Under the pieces are notes generated by a model. That model worked only from the letters and a program-made list of their open reading frames with translations, was not told where the DNA came from and did no database searches. Of a stretch of 64,000 bases of DNA, positions 39,308 through 47,834 are shown one piece after another (within the stretch, counting starts at the first letter, position 1; the number at the start of each line of letters is the position of its first letter). Source of the stretch: Alphaproteobacteria bacterium (GTDB taxonomy: Bacteria > Pseudomonadota > Alphaproteobacteria > Bin95); NCBI GenBank assembly GCA_963665325.3, contig OZ224045.1:1280001-1344000 (forward strand), given 5' to 3'. A program made the translations under genes and the position numbers.

Positions 39308-41809
39308 TCATACTCGTGGTGCCACACGGGCCGCAACTCGTATGTCTTCCATTTGCACACCGAGGCCTATAAGCGTTTGTCTCAACTCATCAAAAACCGG
39401 CTGTTCGCCCCTCGGATCAGATATGGTCAAAATCGCCGTAAACGGAATCCCGTGCTCCGGCACCTGTTCGTTCGAACGAGTCAAATAGTCCACAAACAAT
39501 CGCCAATTCGATGATCTTCCCACTCCGACAGGCATACTACGTTCATACACCTTTACGGGACTCCACTTCAATCCATGTTGAATTCGTTCCGCCTCAATAA
39601 TTCTCTGATCTCCTCCCTCCGGAAGATATACAGGCCGCAATTGCCTTTCCCATCCCCCCATTAGATTTTGTTGCTGTAACGCCGCATCTACATTTACGCG
39701 CACAAATTCCGACCCGAAATTGCCATCCAGGGGAGGACTGGCAACCAAGGTGAGGCGAGAGCGTCCCCTGCAATTTCCCTTTTCTCCTACTAGCGAGGGT
39801 GGCCAGGAAAACTGAAACGATATCTGCTGATCCCTCCTTATGCGCGATGCAAATACCAAGGTGATTGAATGGTCATCCGTTTCCAGTATCCGCTCAGCGG
39901 ACTCGGGTACTCCAAACCCTACCAACTGTCGAGCCACCTGCATGAGTGATTTCGATTGTAGCGGTTTAGGCACTTGTGCGTGGTGCAATAGCAATGCAAT
40001 GAGCGTTTCCCGAGAAACATCACCCTCAATTGCGTGCTCCAACGAAGCGGCAATCTTGGCTATCACCGGGGTTGCGTAGCTCGTTCCGCATCCGCTAACG
40101 ACTACTCCATCCGGCCTGACCGAAAACAGGCCATGCTCTGTTGGGTTGCCCTCTGGCGAACCCGACCCACCAACATGTGCCAAATCCGGTTTCACGCCAG
40201 TGCGCAAACCCGGTCCCCGCCGGCTGAACCGCGCCGGCGCGAATGGCACAGACGTACCGACCCCAGGCGGATTGACGGCCGCTACCGCTACGTTTCGAAC
40301 ACTCTCTGCCGGCGTCAGCAACCGATCCTCCGTTGCCGCCGCAAGTTGTGCCAGCGCTCGTGCGTCATCGCTCGGCCACTCGGGCCTCTGATCCCTCGGC
40401 TCCACATTGCCGACTGATACCAGGACAATGGCGTCCTGATCCTCAACAATTCTATCCAACCGCAGCGCATGGGGGTCATATCGGTCGAGTGAAGCCGGTC
40501 TCTTGATATTCAAGCTCATATTGTAGACACGCACACCGTGTCTCGACCGCGCCTCACCAATGGCTGTTTCCACCTCGTCGAAAAACTGCAAGACACCGTG
40601 CGGATAGTATGACGAAAACGCCTCCGTATCGTCCTCTCGCGGAAATACGGCTATATCCACAAGCTCGGCACCGTCCTCTTCCGGACAGCATTCCTCCCCG
40701 TTCAACGCCCTTCCCATCACCGCCAACCCGCCTATGAACGTGCCATGGTCATGGCTCGCATGTTCGCTCGCCAGGATATTCCATCGATCGATTACCCAAT
40801 CAGACAGAACCTCCCCCAAGCCTCCATCAATAATCCCTATCTTGGGGTAAGAGCGGCTTGTTTGTCTGTGTGGCACTGGAGCCACCGACCCGACGTCTTC
40901 CGTAATGCCGATACTCGGGCGCACCACTATGGCCGGTAACGATATTCGCCTTACAAGCGGATGCGCTTCCAGAAAGGTCAAGAGCCGAAGATGTTTTTCT
41001 TCGGAGGAATCAAACGGGACAACACTTCCCGTCCGCTCAGAGACGGTCGGCGAACCAAGCAGCATGGCCGTACTGTCGCTGGAACGAGAAATGTGCATTG
41101 CTACTGCTGCACGGTCCATATTTCGGGTCCCCAGGCGCCTGACCGACAATCCTCCCGCAATACCCTCGAGACCTGCAATAAACGACTCAAAAAGCCGGGT
41201 GTGGCTTCCGTCTAGCCCATTGACCACTCCCTTCGTTGGCGGCATCTCAAATAACTCGACTTCATAGCTGCTGCCGGTGATAGGGTTCGAGAGCCAAGCG
41301 ATGGCGCTCTCCAAAGAAAATTCCCGTCGATCATCTCTACCAAACAGCTCGATGCGTTCTATCGCACCGGCTTCGCTTCTCCGCGCCGAAGGGTACGGAA
41401 CATCTTTTTGTTTATTCGGATCGAAGCGCCACGCCAATATATCTTCCGCCTTAGTAATTTCATTCACAACCTCATGAATCGCTTCCGGCTTCACCTTGAA
41501 AATCATTACGCCGAGATCTTCACCCCCCACCAGCGCGGCGCGGTTGGAACGGAACAATGCACTCACTGGCCGATGGCTTTTGGCCCAGGCTGAGCGACGC
41601 AAAGTGACCTTTATGTATCCGATGTCACTGTAAGGAGATTTGGCGAGAGCATCAGCTATTGAACCAAGCTCAGCAATAAGTTTCGCCTTGTGCCGACTAA
41701 ACTCGTCATTTGCTCCTACGAAAAATTCCTTCTTCGGTCCTCCACCGGATTTTTCCCGGTTTTGTTCGAAGTTTTCGGGATTAAGAATTACTTGTATCGG
41801 ACCAGCCAT
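39308..41809 (-). CDS. S8 subtilisin-like serine peptidase (IetS-like)
   Basis: Catalytic triad GIIDGG, HGTFIGG, GTSYATP; also VKPDL; lies downstream of an AAA ATPase. Confidence 0.9.
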   Translation of the reverse strand: MAGPIQVILNPENFEQNREKSGGGPKKEFFVGANDEFSRHKAKLIAELGSIADALAKSPYSDIGYIKVTLRRSAWAKSHRPVSALFRSNRAALVGGEDLGVMIFKVKPEAIHEVVNEITKAEDILAWRFDPNKQKDVPYPSARRSEAGAIERIELFGRDDRREFSLESAIAWLSNPITGSSYEVELFEMPPTKGVVNGLDGSHTRLFESFIAGLEGIAGGLSVRRLGTRNMDRAAVAMHISRSSDSTAMLLGSPTVSERTGSVVPFDSSEEKHLRLLTFLEAHPLVRRISLPAIVVRPSIGITEDVGSVAPVPHRQTSRSYPKIGIIDGGLGEVLSDWVIDRWNILASEHASHDHGTFIGGLAVMGRALNGEECCPEEDGAELVDIAVFPREDDTEAFSSYYPHGVLQFFDEVETAIGEARSRHGVRVYNMSLNIKRPASLDRYDPHALRLDRIVEDQDAIVLVSVGNVEPRDQRPEWPSDDARALAQLAAATEDRLLTPAESVRNVAVAAVNPPGVGTSVPFAPARFSRRGPGLRTGVKPDLAHVGGSGSPEGNPTEHGLFSVRPDGVVVSGCGTSYATPVIAKIAASLEHAIEGDVSRETLIALLLHHAQVPKPLQSKSLMQVARQLVGFGVPESAERILETDDHSITLVFASRIRRDQQISFQFSWPPSLVGEKGNCRGRSRLTLVASPPLDGNFGSEFVRVNVDAALQQQNLMGGWERQLRPVYLPEGGDQRIIEAERIQHGLKWSPVKVYERSMPVGVGRSSNWRLFVDYLTRSNEQVPEHGIPFTAILTISDPRGEQPVFDELRQTLIGLGVQMEDIRVAARVAPRV

Positions 41810-41816
41810 GGCTTAG

Positions 41817-43001
41817 TTACCCTTGGTCTGTGTTCTTGCTGAGTTGACGACTGATTGTCGATGGCGAGCGGCAAGATACTTCAGCTATGTCGTTTGCAGA
41901 AAAGTTAAGTTCGGGATCACTTTTCATTCCACGGAACAAATCGATAGGACGCCCAAATAGCAGAGCGCGGCGGGCATTGTGTACGCGGGCACTGTTCAGG
42001 GTAGAAAATTGTCTCATCGTCTCTATGAGATTAAGAGGAGCATCCTTGGATAGGGCGACGGCTTTCTTGTATGCTCGGATGATGAGTTCGATTTCGGCGC
42101 CTGTGCACCCTTTCGTGATCCAAGCCATCAGTCGCACATGGTTGTCGGGGGCAGCAACGGGAAAGAGAAAATGGTGCGCAATACCCACACGCATTGAGAA
42201 GTCGGGCTTGGGTATTTCGAGCTGAACTTCGAAGCGACGCCAGACAGCGCGGTCGAGCAAAAGCTCGTGATTTGTAATAGCAATGGTTAAACCAAAGGAC
42301 TGCCGGCCGTCTAGATTTTGAAGAAGAGCGTTCACCACGCGCTTTATCTCGCCAACTTCCTGGGGATCGTCGCGGATCTTGGCAATAGCGTCGAATTCAT
42401 CGAGGAGGAGAACGCATTGGTTGCGATTAGCGAAAGTAAATAGGCTTCTGATATTTCTTGCAGTTGTTCCCAAAAAGGAAGAGACAAGACCATCTAATCG
42501 TACCAAGACGACCGGGAGGGACAGCTTGAAGGCGATCCAAAGTGCAAGCCGGGTTTTCCCGGTCCCCGGGGGGCCGTGAATGAGGCAGGTTCTCGGGGGG
42601 TGGAGGCCGACTTCGGATAGTTGGTCGAAATTGGCCCATTCTTCGATGATAGTGGTGATTGCTGTAGTTACCGCCGGGTTGAACAGAGGGGCATGGGGTT
42701 GGATGTCTTTCGGGAAAACGAGTTCTGCCAGGGGAGCAGAGGTTTCGCGATCAACAGGAACGGGGGTGGTAGGGGTGAGAATCCCATCGGGGGATTGCAG
42801 GCGGGAGCGTGCAAGCTGGCTCGGGGCTACCTCTCGTGTTCGCGCGGCCTCGGTAAGCAGCCTCGTTAGAGTCGCGGCTTGGGTGCTGTTTCCATTTCCC
42901 GCCAAGGCATCGCGCAACCGCTCAATCTGCTTTCTGACCGCAGGAGAGGGGTCTGCCATAGCCGATCGGCAGAGTGCCTGAATGATTGCAAAGTGCTCCA
43001 A
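41817..43001 (-). CDS. AAA+ ATPase (IetA-like) with C-terminal HTH
   Basis: HGPPGTGKT, SSFLGTT, LLDEFDAI, GEIKRVVNALLQ, LDRAVWRRF; HTH-like SANDIAEVSCRSPSTISRQL; TTG start after GGGGAG. Confidence 0.9.
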   Translation of the reverse strand: MEHFAIIQALCRSAMADPSPAVRKQIERLRDALAGNGNSTQAATLTRLLTEAARTREVAPSQLARSRLQSPDGILTPTTPVPVDRETSAPLAELVFPKDIQPHAPLFNPAVTTAITTIIEEWANFDQLSEVGLHPPRTCLIHGPPGTGKTRLALWIAFKLSLPVVLVRLDGLVSSFLGTTARNIRSLFTFANRNQCVLLLDEFDAIAKIRDDPQEVGEIKRVVNALLQNLDGRQSFGLTIAITNHELLLDRAVWRRFEVQLEIPKPDFSMRVGIAHHFLFPVAAPDNHVRLMAWITKGCTGAEIELIIRAYKKAVALSKDAPLNLIETMRQFSTLNSARVHNARRALLFGRPIDLFRGMKSDPELNFSANDIAEVSCRSPSTISRQLSKNTDQG

Positions 43002-43080
43002 ACCTGTCTCCCCCACACTGCAAGACTGGGCGTCTCTCGAAGGGTCGATACTCCAATGTGACCTTCGAAGCAAGGGAAAA

Positions 43081-43109
43081 TTGCATGAAATGCAGAAAAC
43101 TTGCATGAA
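43081..43109. repeat. Direct repeat TTGCATGAA x2 upstream of the ATPase/peptidase operon (candidate operator)
   Basis: Copies at 43081 and 43101, 20 bp apart; a partial TTGCA at 43122. Confidence 0.5.
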
Positions 43110-43216
43110 GTGGAGAATTTATTGCAAATAGGGGTATTTTATCTCATCGCTGGCTGTTTTGGCGCGCTGTGCGGCTGATCTCTCAATCACCCGATCCCTT
43201 GATGGGGTAAGCACGT

Positions 43217-43687
43217 TCAGTTGTATTTCGCCTGATATTTGCGGGTGCGGCTCCAGGCGGCCAGCATCAGGCGCCTGTAGGCGCAGGTTTTCCCGAACGC
43301 GGGACAGGCGTAGCGGGCCATGTCCCGGGCTTCGTCTATGGCATCGCCGCTGCCGGCCGGATCGGCGCCAGCGTCCAGCGCCGCCTCGATGAACGCCGCA
43401 TTGGCGGAGCTGATGGCGTAGTCGAGCGGCTTCCGCCCGTATCCCTCGCAGATTTCGGGATCGGCTCCGGCCTCGAACAGCGCTCGGGCCACCTCCCCGA
43501 CGGCGTTGTCGGCGGCGGCGTAGTGCAACGGCGTGCAACCGCCGGCGTCCCTGGCATCGGGATCCGCGCCAGAGGCTACCAGATCGTCGATTTCGGCGCG
43601 GTCCTCGGCCATGGCGGCAGCGACATGGATGAATTGCGCCCCGTAGCCCAGCCGGAACCGCCCATGCATGCCGTGGGCATAGATCAT
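43217..43687 (-). CDS. Ankyrin repeat protein
   Basis: GADPDARDAGGCTPLHYAA, LFEAGADP, GRKPLDYA, LDAGADP. Confidence 0.85.
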   Translation of the reverse strand: MIYAHGMHGRFRLGYGAQFIHVAAAMAEDRAEIDDLVASGADPDARDAGGCTPLHYAAADNAVGEVARALFEAGADPEICEGYGRKPLDYAISSANAAFIEAALDAGADPAGSGDAIDEARDMARYACPAFGKTCAYRRLMLAAWSRTRKYQAKYN

Positions 43688-43834
43688 GATTGCAGGTCGT
43701 TCGCTGCTTTTCTTCCCGATGCTTCAGGCGGCTTACACCGGAGCAATCGGGAATGCCACGGTCTCGAACCGGGCAGGGGGATCGAGACGGCGGTCTCGAT
43801 ATCCGGGATCGCCCGCGATTCATCCAGCCAGCCG

Positions 43835-44896
43835 TCACGCGGCGTCCTGCGGTTCTTCCGGCTCGCGCTCCAGCAAATCGTCGATCTGGCCGCCGCCGGC
43901 ATGCTGTTCGAGCAGTTTCGCGAATTTCAGCCCGGCCCAGCCTCTCGTGAACGGCCTGCTTTCATTGAACATCGCCATGGTCTGGGCATGGAGCCTGTCC
44001 AGGATCGCGGCCAGGTCCGCTCCGGTCAGCGGGTGGACATCGGTGCGGCCCCGGCAATAGAGCTTGTGCAGCCTGTAGCCGATATGACTCAGTTCGCGGA
44101 TGCCGAAGACGAGGAACTTCGCCCGGTCGCGGTGCCTTTCGTCCAGTCTTCCCGGCGCGTCCTGGAGCCGGAGCCGCACCCGGCCGTCGGTCAGGTCGGC
44201 CTTGCTGACCATGAGGCAATAGACGCGCTTGCGTCCTTTTTCCTTGAGCGCCTTGTCCACATGGCGGACGGCGCTGTCCCATTGTTCCTTGACGGTCTTG
44301 TTGCGCAGTCTTTGCCCCTGGCCTTCCTGCATGGTGACTTCGCCGATCACGGTGAAGCCTTCGTAGTCAGCGCGGACATCGGGCTTGCCCTGCGGCGTGT
44401 GGCCGTAGGGGATGCCGCGCAGCCGGCCTGTCCTGTGCACGCGGCAGGGACACAGCGCGGTCTTCGGATCGCCCAGGCAACTGAGCAGCAGGGCGACGAT
44501 CAGCTCCAGGCCGACCCCCTTGGGATAGAAGCGCTGCTGTTTCTTCAGCAATCCGGTCGCGGGGGCATCCTCGCCGCCGCCCCGGTCGCCTTCACCCTCA
44601 CCCCGGTCGTCCCGGCTGTCTTCGCCATCCTCCGCGAGGGCGGCGTCGCGCGCTGCCGCCTCAAGGGCGGCCTTTTGCTGCTCCTCCTCGTCGAAGGCGG
44701 CCCAGTATTTCTGCGCGGTCTCGTGGTCGAAGCCGATGGCCGGATAGACATAAGCCGCGCTCACGCTGTCGTGGTTGTTGCAGAGCTGGGTCGCCGCGAG
44801 GTCCAGTATGCGGGGATCGACGTCGATCCCGGGATCGGGAAAGCGGATCCGGCCCCTGGACCCGGGGCCGACCAGGACGCGCGCCGTCAGCGTCAT
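43835..44896 (-). CDS. PD-(D/E)XK nuclease resembling the AlwI/FokI type IIS cleavage domain (353 aa)
   Basis: HTPQGKPDVRADYEGFTVIGEVTM...Q...SAVRH; ATGA-coupled to the upstream gene. Confidence 0.6.
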   Translation of the reverse strand: MTLTARVLVGPGSRGRIRFPDPGIDVDPRILDLAATQLCNNHDSVSAAYVYPAIGFDHETAQKYWAAFDEEEQQKAALEAAARDAALAEDGEDSRDDRGEGEGDRGGGEDAPATGLLKKQQRFYPKGVGLELIVALLLSCLGDPKTALCPCRVHRTGRLRGIPYGHTPQGKPDVRADYEGFTVIGEVTMQEGQGQRLRNKTVKEQWDSAVRHVDKALKEKGRKRVYCLMVSKADLTDGRVRLRLQDAPGRLDERHRDRAKFLVFGIRELSHIGYRLHKLYCRGRTDVHPLTGADLAAILDRLHAQTMAMFNESRPFTRGWAGLKFAKLLEQHAGGGQIDDLLEREPEEPQDAA

Positions 44897-45777
44897 CGCC
44901 CACCCTCCGGCTTCGTCTTCCGCTTCCCGCTCTTGCGGGTTTCGAGCGGGAACAGCCACTGCACACCGCCGGGAAAGCCTTCCGGGACCAGCACGCCGGC
45001 ATCGCAGAGCATGAGCGCGCTCGATTTGGCCGCGGCGATCTGCTCGCCGTTCGGGGAATAGTCCTTCTCCACCCGGTCGGCGGCACCGTCGGCCATGACG
45101 AGGGCGGCATATTCGAGGCCGCCCCCACCGACATCGAGCCCGGCCAGGTCTTCCTCCCGGTCGCCCACGATCGTCCCGGCGAAATCCACGGGCCGGGGGG
45201 CTGCCGGCCACCCGTCCTCGTCCTTCTTCGTCGCGTCCGCCTCCGACAGCCAGAAATGGAAGCGCATGAACTCGGCGAGGCAGAGCGCCGGACGGTAACA
45301 GGCCGACTTCGGGACATCGTCCTGCTCCTTGCCGAGCTTTTCGATCGCCCGGCGCACCTTGCGCAGCCGCCCGGCCACCGCGCGCGCCACGTAATCCCGC
45401 CCGGTGACGCTGTAGCGGCTGCGAACGGCCCGGCGCAACGCCCGCTTGCGCTTCATGCAGCGATAGCCCTCGGGCGTCACCCGGTCCTCACCGTCCACGA
45501 GTTCGAGTTGCCGCAGCTGGACGAGGCAGTCCTCCGCCATCCGGGGCAGGATCTTCGACCAGTCCGGGATCGCCGGATAGCCGTCCTCCTCTGCCGGCGT
45601 CCCGAACAGCCCGAGCCCCTCGAGATGCTCGTCGCTCAGGCCCTCTTCCTCGATCCGGGCCTCCAGCACTTCCAGGGACGTGCGGCCGCGCGGGCGCTCC
45701 GCCGCCAGCGCGTCCAGAGCCGAGGGCAGGAAATACAACTCCTGCTGAAGGCCGGCCAGGAAGAGCAGTTCAGCCAT
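44893..45777 (-). CDS. Hypothetical protein, possible winged-helix DNA-binding module (294 aa)
   Basis: LVQLRQLELVDGEDRVTPEG is wHTH-like; start overlaps the upstream stop by 8 bp; host-like codon usage. Confidence 0.7.
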   Translation of the reverse strand: MAELLFLAGLQQELYFLPSALDALAAERPRGRTSLEVLEARIEEEGLSDEHLEGLGLFGTPAEEDGYPAIPDWSKILPRMAEDCLVQLRQLELVDGEDRVTPEGYRCMKRKRALRRAVRSRYSVTGRDYVARAVAGRLRKVRRAIEKLGKEQDDVPKSACYRPALCLAEFMRFHFWLSEADATKKDEDGWPAAPRPVDFAGTIVGDREEDLAGLDVGGGGLEYAALVMADGAADRVEKDYSPNGEQIAAAKSSALMLCDAGVLVPEGFPGGVQWLFPLETRKSGKRKTKPEGGR

Positions 45778-47722
45778 TGCCGAGCCTCCGGGTCATCTCC
45801 CTTGCCTCCCGCCAGCCCAGGCGGAAGTCGGGCTTGCGCGCGATCGGCCGACCGCTCCGTTCCTCCCAGGGCAGCAGGCCGAGCCAGTGCGCCGGGTGTT
45901 TGCCCCGCGCCAGCGAACGCTTCGGGCGCGTGAAGTTCATGGCGAACCAGGCGGCCCAGAGCTTGAAGCACGCATATTCGGCGTTCACCATCGACTTCGC
46001 GAAGCTGGAACCGGATTCGGCGCGCATGCCCGGCCGGGCGACGGCCTGGGACCGCCGGCGCAGGGCGCCGATCGCGGAGTCCACCGATTGCGGGCTGGCA
46101 TCCTCCAGGAACGCGTCGATCTGCTCGCAGGGCGGCCAGTCCCGGTCCGGTCCCTGCGACAGCCACAGCACGGCAAGGCGCGTATTCTCCCAGCCTGCCC
46201 GCTCGCGCCACCCCCAGCCGCCCCGTTCCGACCAGGCGCCGTGCATGACCTTCCTGAAGAGCTCCGCCTTCGCCCGGGTGAGCCGCCGCGGGTCCCCGCC
46301 TCCCAGGAGGTCGGGGCCGTCCTGCGCGAGTTCCTCCCCGATCCTGTCGCGCCAGGCCTCGCCGAGCCGTTTCGTCTCGGACGTCCAGGTCGGCGCGGAG
46401 GTTTCGGAGAACCTCGCGCGACCCTCGGAGCCTGCGATCTGCACCACCGCGATCTCGGCGCGGCGGATATCGTCGTGCCCGTCCCCGTCACCCCCTTTCG
46501 TGGCGGCGGGGGTCCGCATGTCCCCGGCGAAGACGGCGGCCGCGCTCCGGTATGCCGTGTATTTCCCGTCCAGCGACAGGGTGACCCGGTCGAACCGGGC
46601 GGTCTGCTCCTTCAACACCATGAAATGCGCCAGTTCGGCATATTCCTCGCGCATGAACAGCGCCCCGGCGCCCAGATAGGAGTATTTGTTGCCGCGAAGT
46701 GCGGCGTCCCCGTGGTCGGTGCCGAAGTGGAACAGGTGGTCGAACCGCCGCTCGGCGACGGGAAGACCGCCGTCGGCCATGGCTGCGGCCGGATCCTCCG
46801 GCGGCAGGTTCTCCTTCCCGAAAACCGCGCAGGGATGGGCGCCGAGCACGAAATAGGTGGCGGGCTCGTGGAAGCGAAGCGCCGTCACCAGCACCGGGAG
46901 CCAATGGAAGCGGGGCCGGTAGGCCTTCCTCGGCCTGCGCAGCGAGCCGTACAGCGTGTCGGTGCGCAGCGTGGCGACGCCGTTGAACGGGCTGTCGTCG
47001 GGACCGGGGTCCCTGCCGCCGTTCTCCCGGACGAACAGCCGGCGAAGCTGTTCCGTGCAGTCCCGCGCCATGAGGGCGGCGGCGTTGTAGCTCTGGTAGT
47101 CGCGGACCCGCTGTCCGACATTCCTGACCGCCGCCTCGTAGTGGCTTGCATTGCCGCGCGGATCTTCCTCTTCTTCCAGCTCCTCCAGCGTCTCGCGTAT
47201 CCCCCGGCCCTTGCGCACGTTCCAGAAGATCGTCGCCAGGCGCGCTTCCAGTTCGCCCGGCTCGTCGCGGCCCAGATGCAGGCGCGTGGGGCCGCCCAGG
47301 CTGAAGGTCGTCGTGCATTCCCGGCACCTCGCGCGATCGCGCGCATGCGCCTCGTAGCGGTCGCTGTGCTCGAAGACATTGATGCCTTCGTTTGCGCAGC
47401 CCGGCTTGCCGCACGCGGCGAACGGGATGCTCTGGCGCTTGAACCACACATAGGCCGCCCGCAGCGAGCGGTTCGACAGCAGCCGCGATATCATCCCGCA
47501 GGCCCCGCACCGGTAGCGCCGGTCGGCCAGGAAGCCGCGTGCCGGTTCGACCGTGTAGCGCCCGGCATAGCTCCCGCGGTCGGGCGCCGGCCCGAAATTC
47601 GGGCACATCGGGTTGCGGCAGAAATTGGCGTTAAAGGTGAACCCCGGCCCGATCTCCGGGAACGGGATCGGGTCAAAGGCGCAAAGGTCGGCCTCTGCCA
47701 TGCGCCCGGTTGTTCCCGCCAT
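45770..47722 (-). CDS. Divergent paralog of the 633-aa Zn-finger/IS1-like protein (650 aa)
   Basis: CRNPMC, CGAC, CGKPGC, CREC; LRTDT, LSLDG, SVDSA; NF...HPAHWLG; GGGGAG RBS before ATG 47722. Confidence 0.75.
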   Translation of the reverse strand: MAGTTGRMAEADLCAFDPIPFPEIGPGFTFNANFCRNPMCPNFGPAPDRGSYAGRYTVEPARGFLADRRYRCGACGMISRLLSNRSLRAAYVWFKRQSIPFAACGKPGCANEGINVFEHSDRYEAHARDRARCRECTTTFSLGGPTRLHLGRDEPGELEARLATIFWNVRKGRGIRETLEELEEEEDPRGNASHYEAAVRNVGQRVRDYQSYNAAALMARDCTEQLRRLFVRENGGRDPGPDDSPFNGVATLRTDTLYGSLRRPRKAYRPRFHWLPVLVTALRFHEPATYFVLGAHPCAVFGKENLPPEDPAAAMADGGLPVAERRFDHLFHFGTDHGDAALRGNKYSYLGAGALFMREEYAELAHFMVLKEQTARFDRVTLSLDGKYTAYRSAAAVFAGDMRTPAATKGGDGDGHDDIRRAEIAVVQIAGSEGRARFSETSAPTWTSETKRLGEAWRDRIGEELAQDGPDLLGGGDPRRLTRAKAELFRKVMHGAWSERGGWGWRERAGWENTRLAVLWLSQGPDRDWPPCEQIDAFLEDASPQSVDSAIGALRRRSQAVARPGMRAESGSSFAKSMVNAEYACFKLWAAWFAMNFTRPKRSLARGKHPAHWLGLLPWEERSGRPIARKPDFRLGWREAREMTRRLGNG

Positions 47723-47834
47723 CGCTACTCCCCCCTGCGGTTCGCGACCCCGGATCGGAGTCCGGGGTTGGCCGCGAGCCACTCCAGGGTCCGCTCATCG
47801 GCCTTTTCGTCTTTGCATCCGGCACGCCCGCCGT

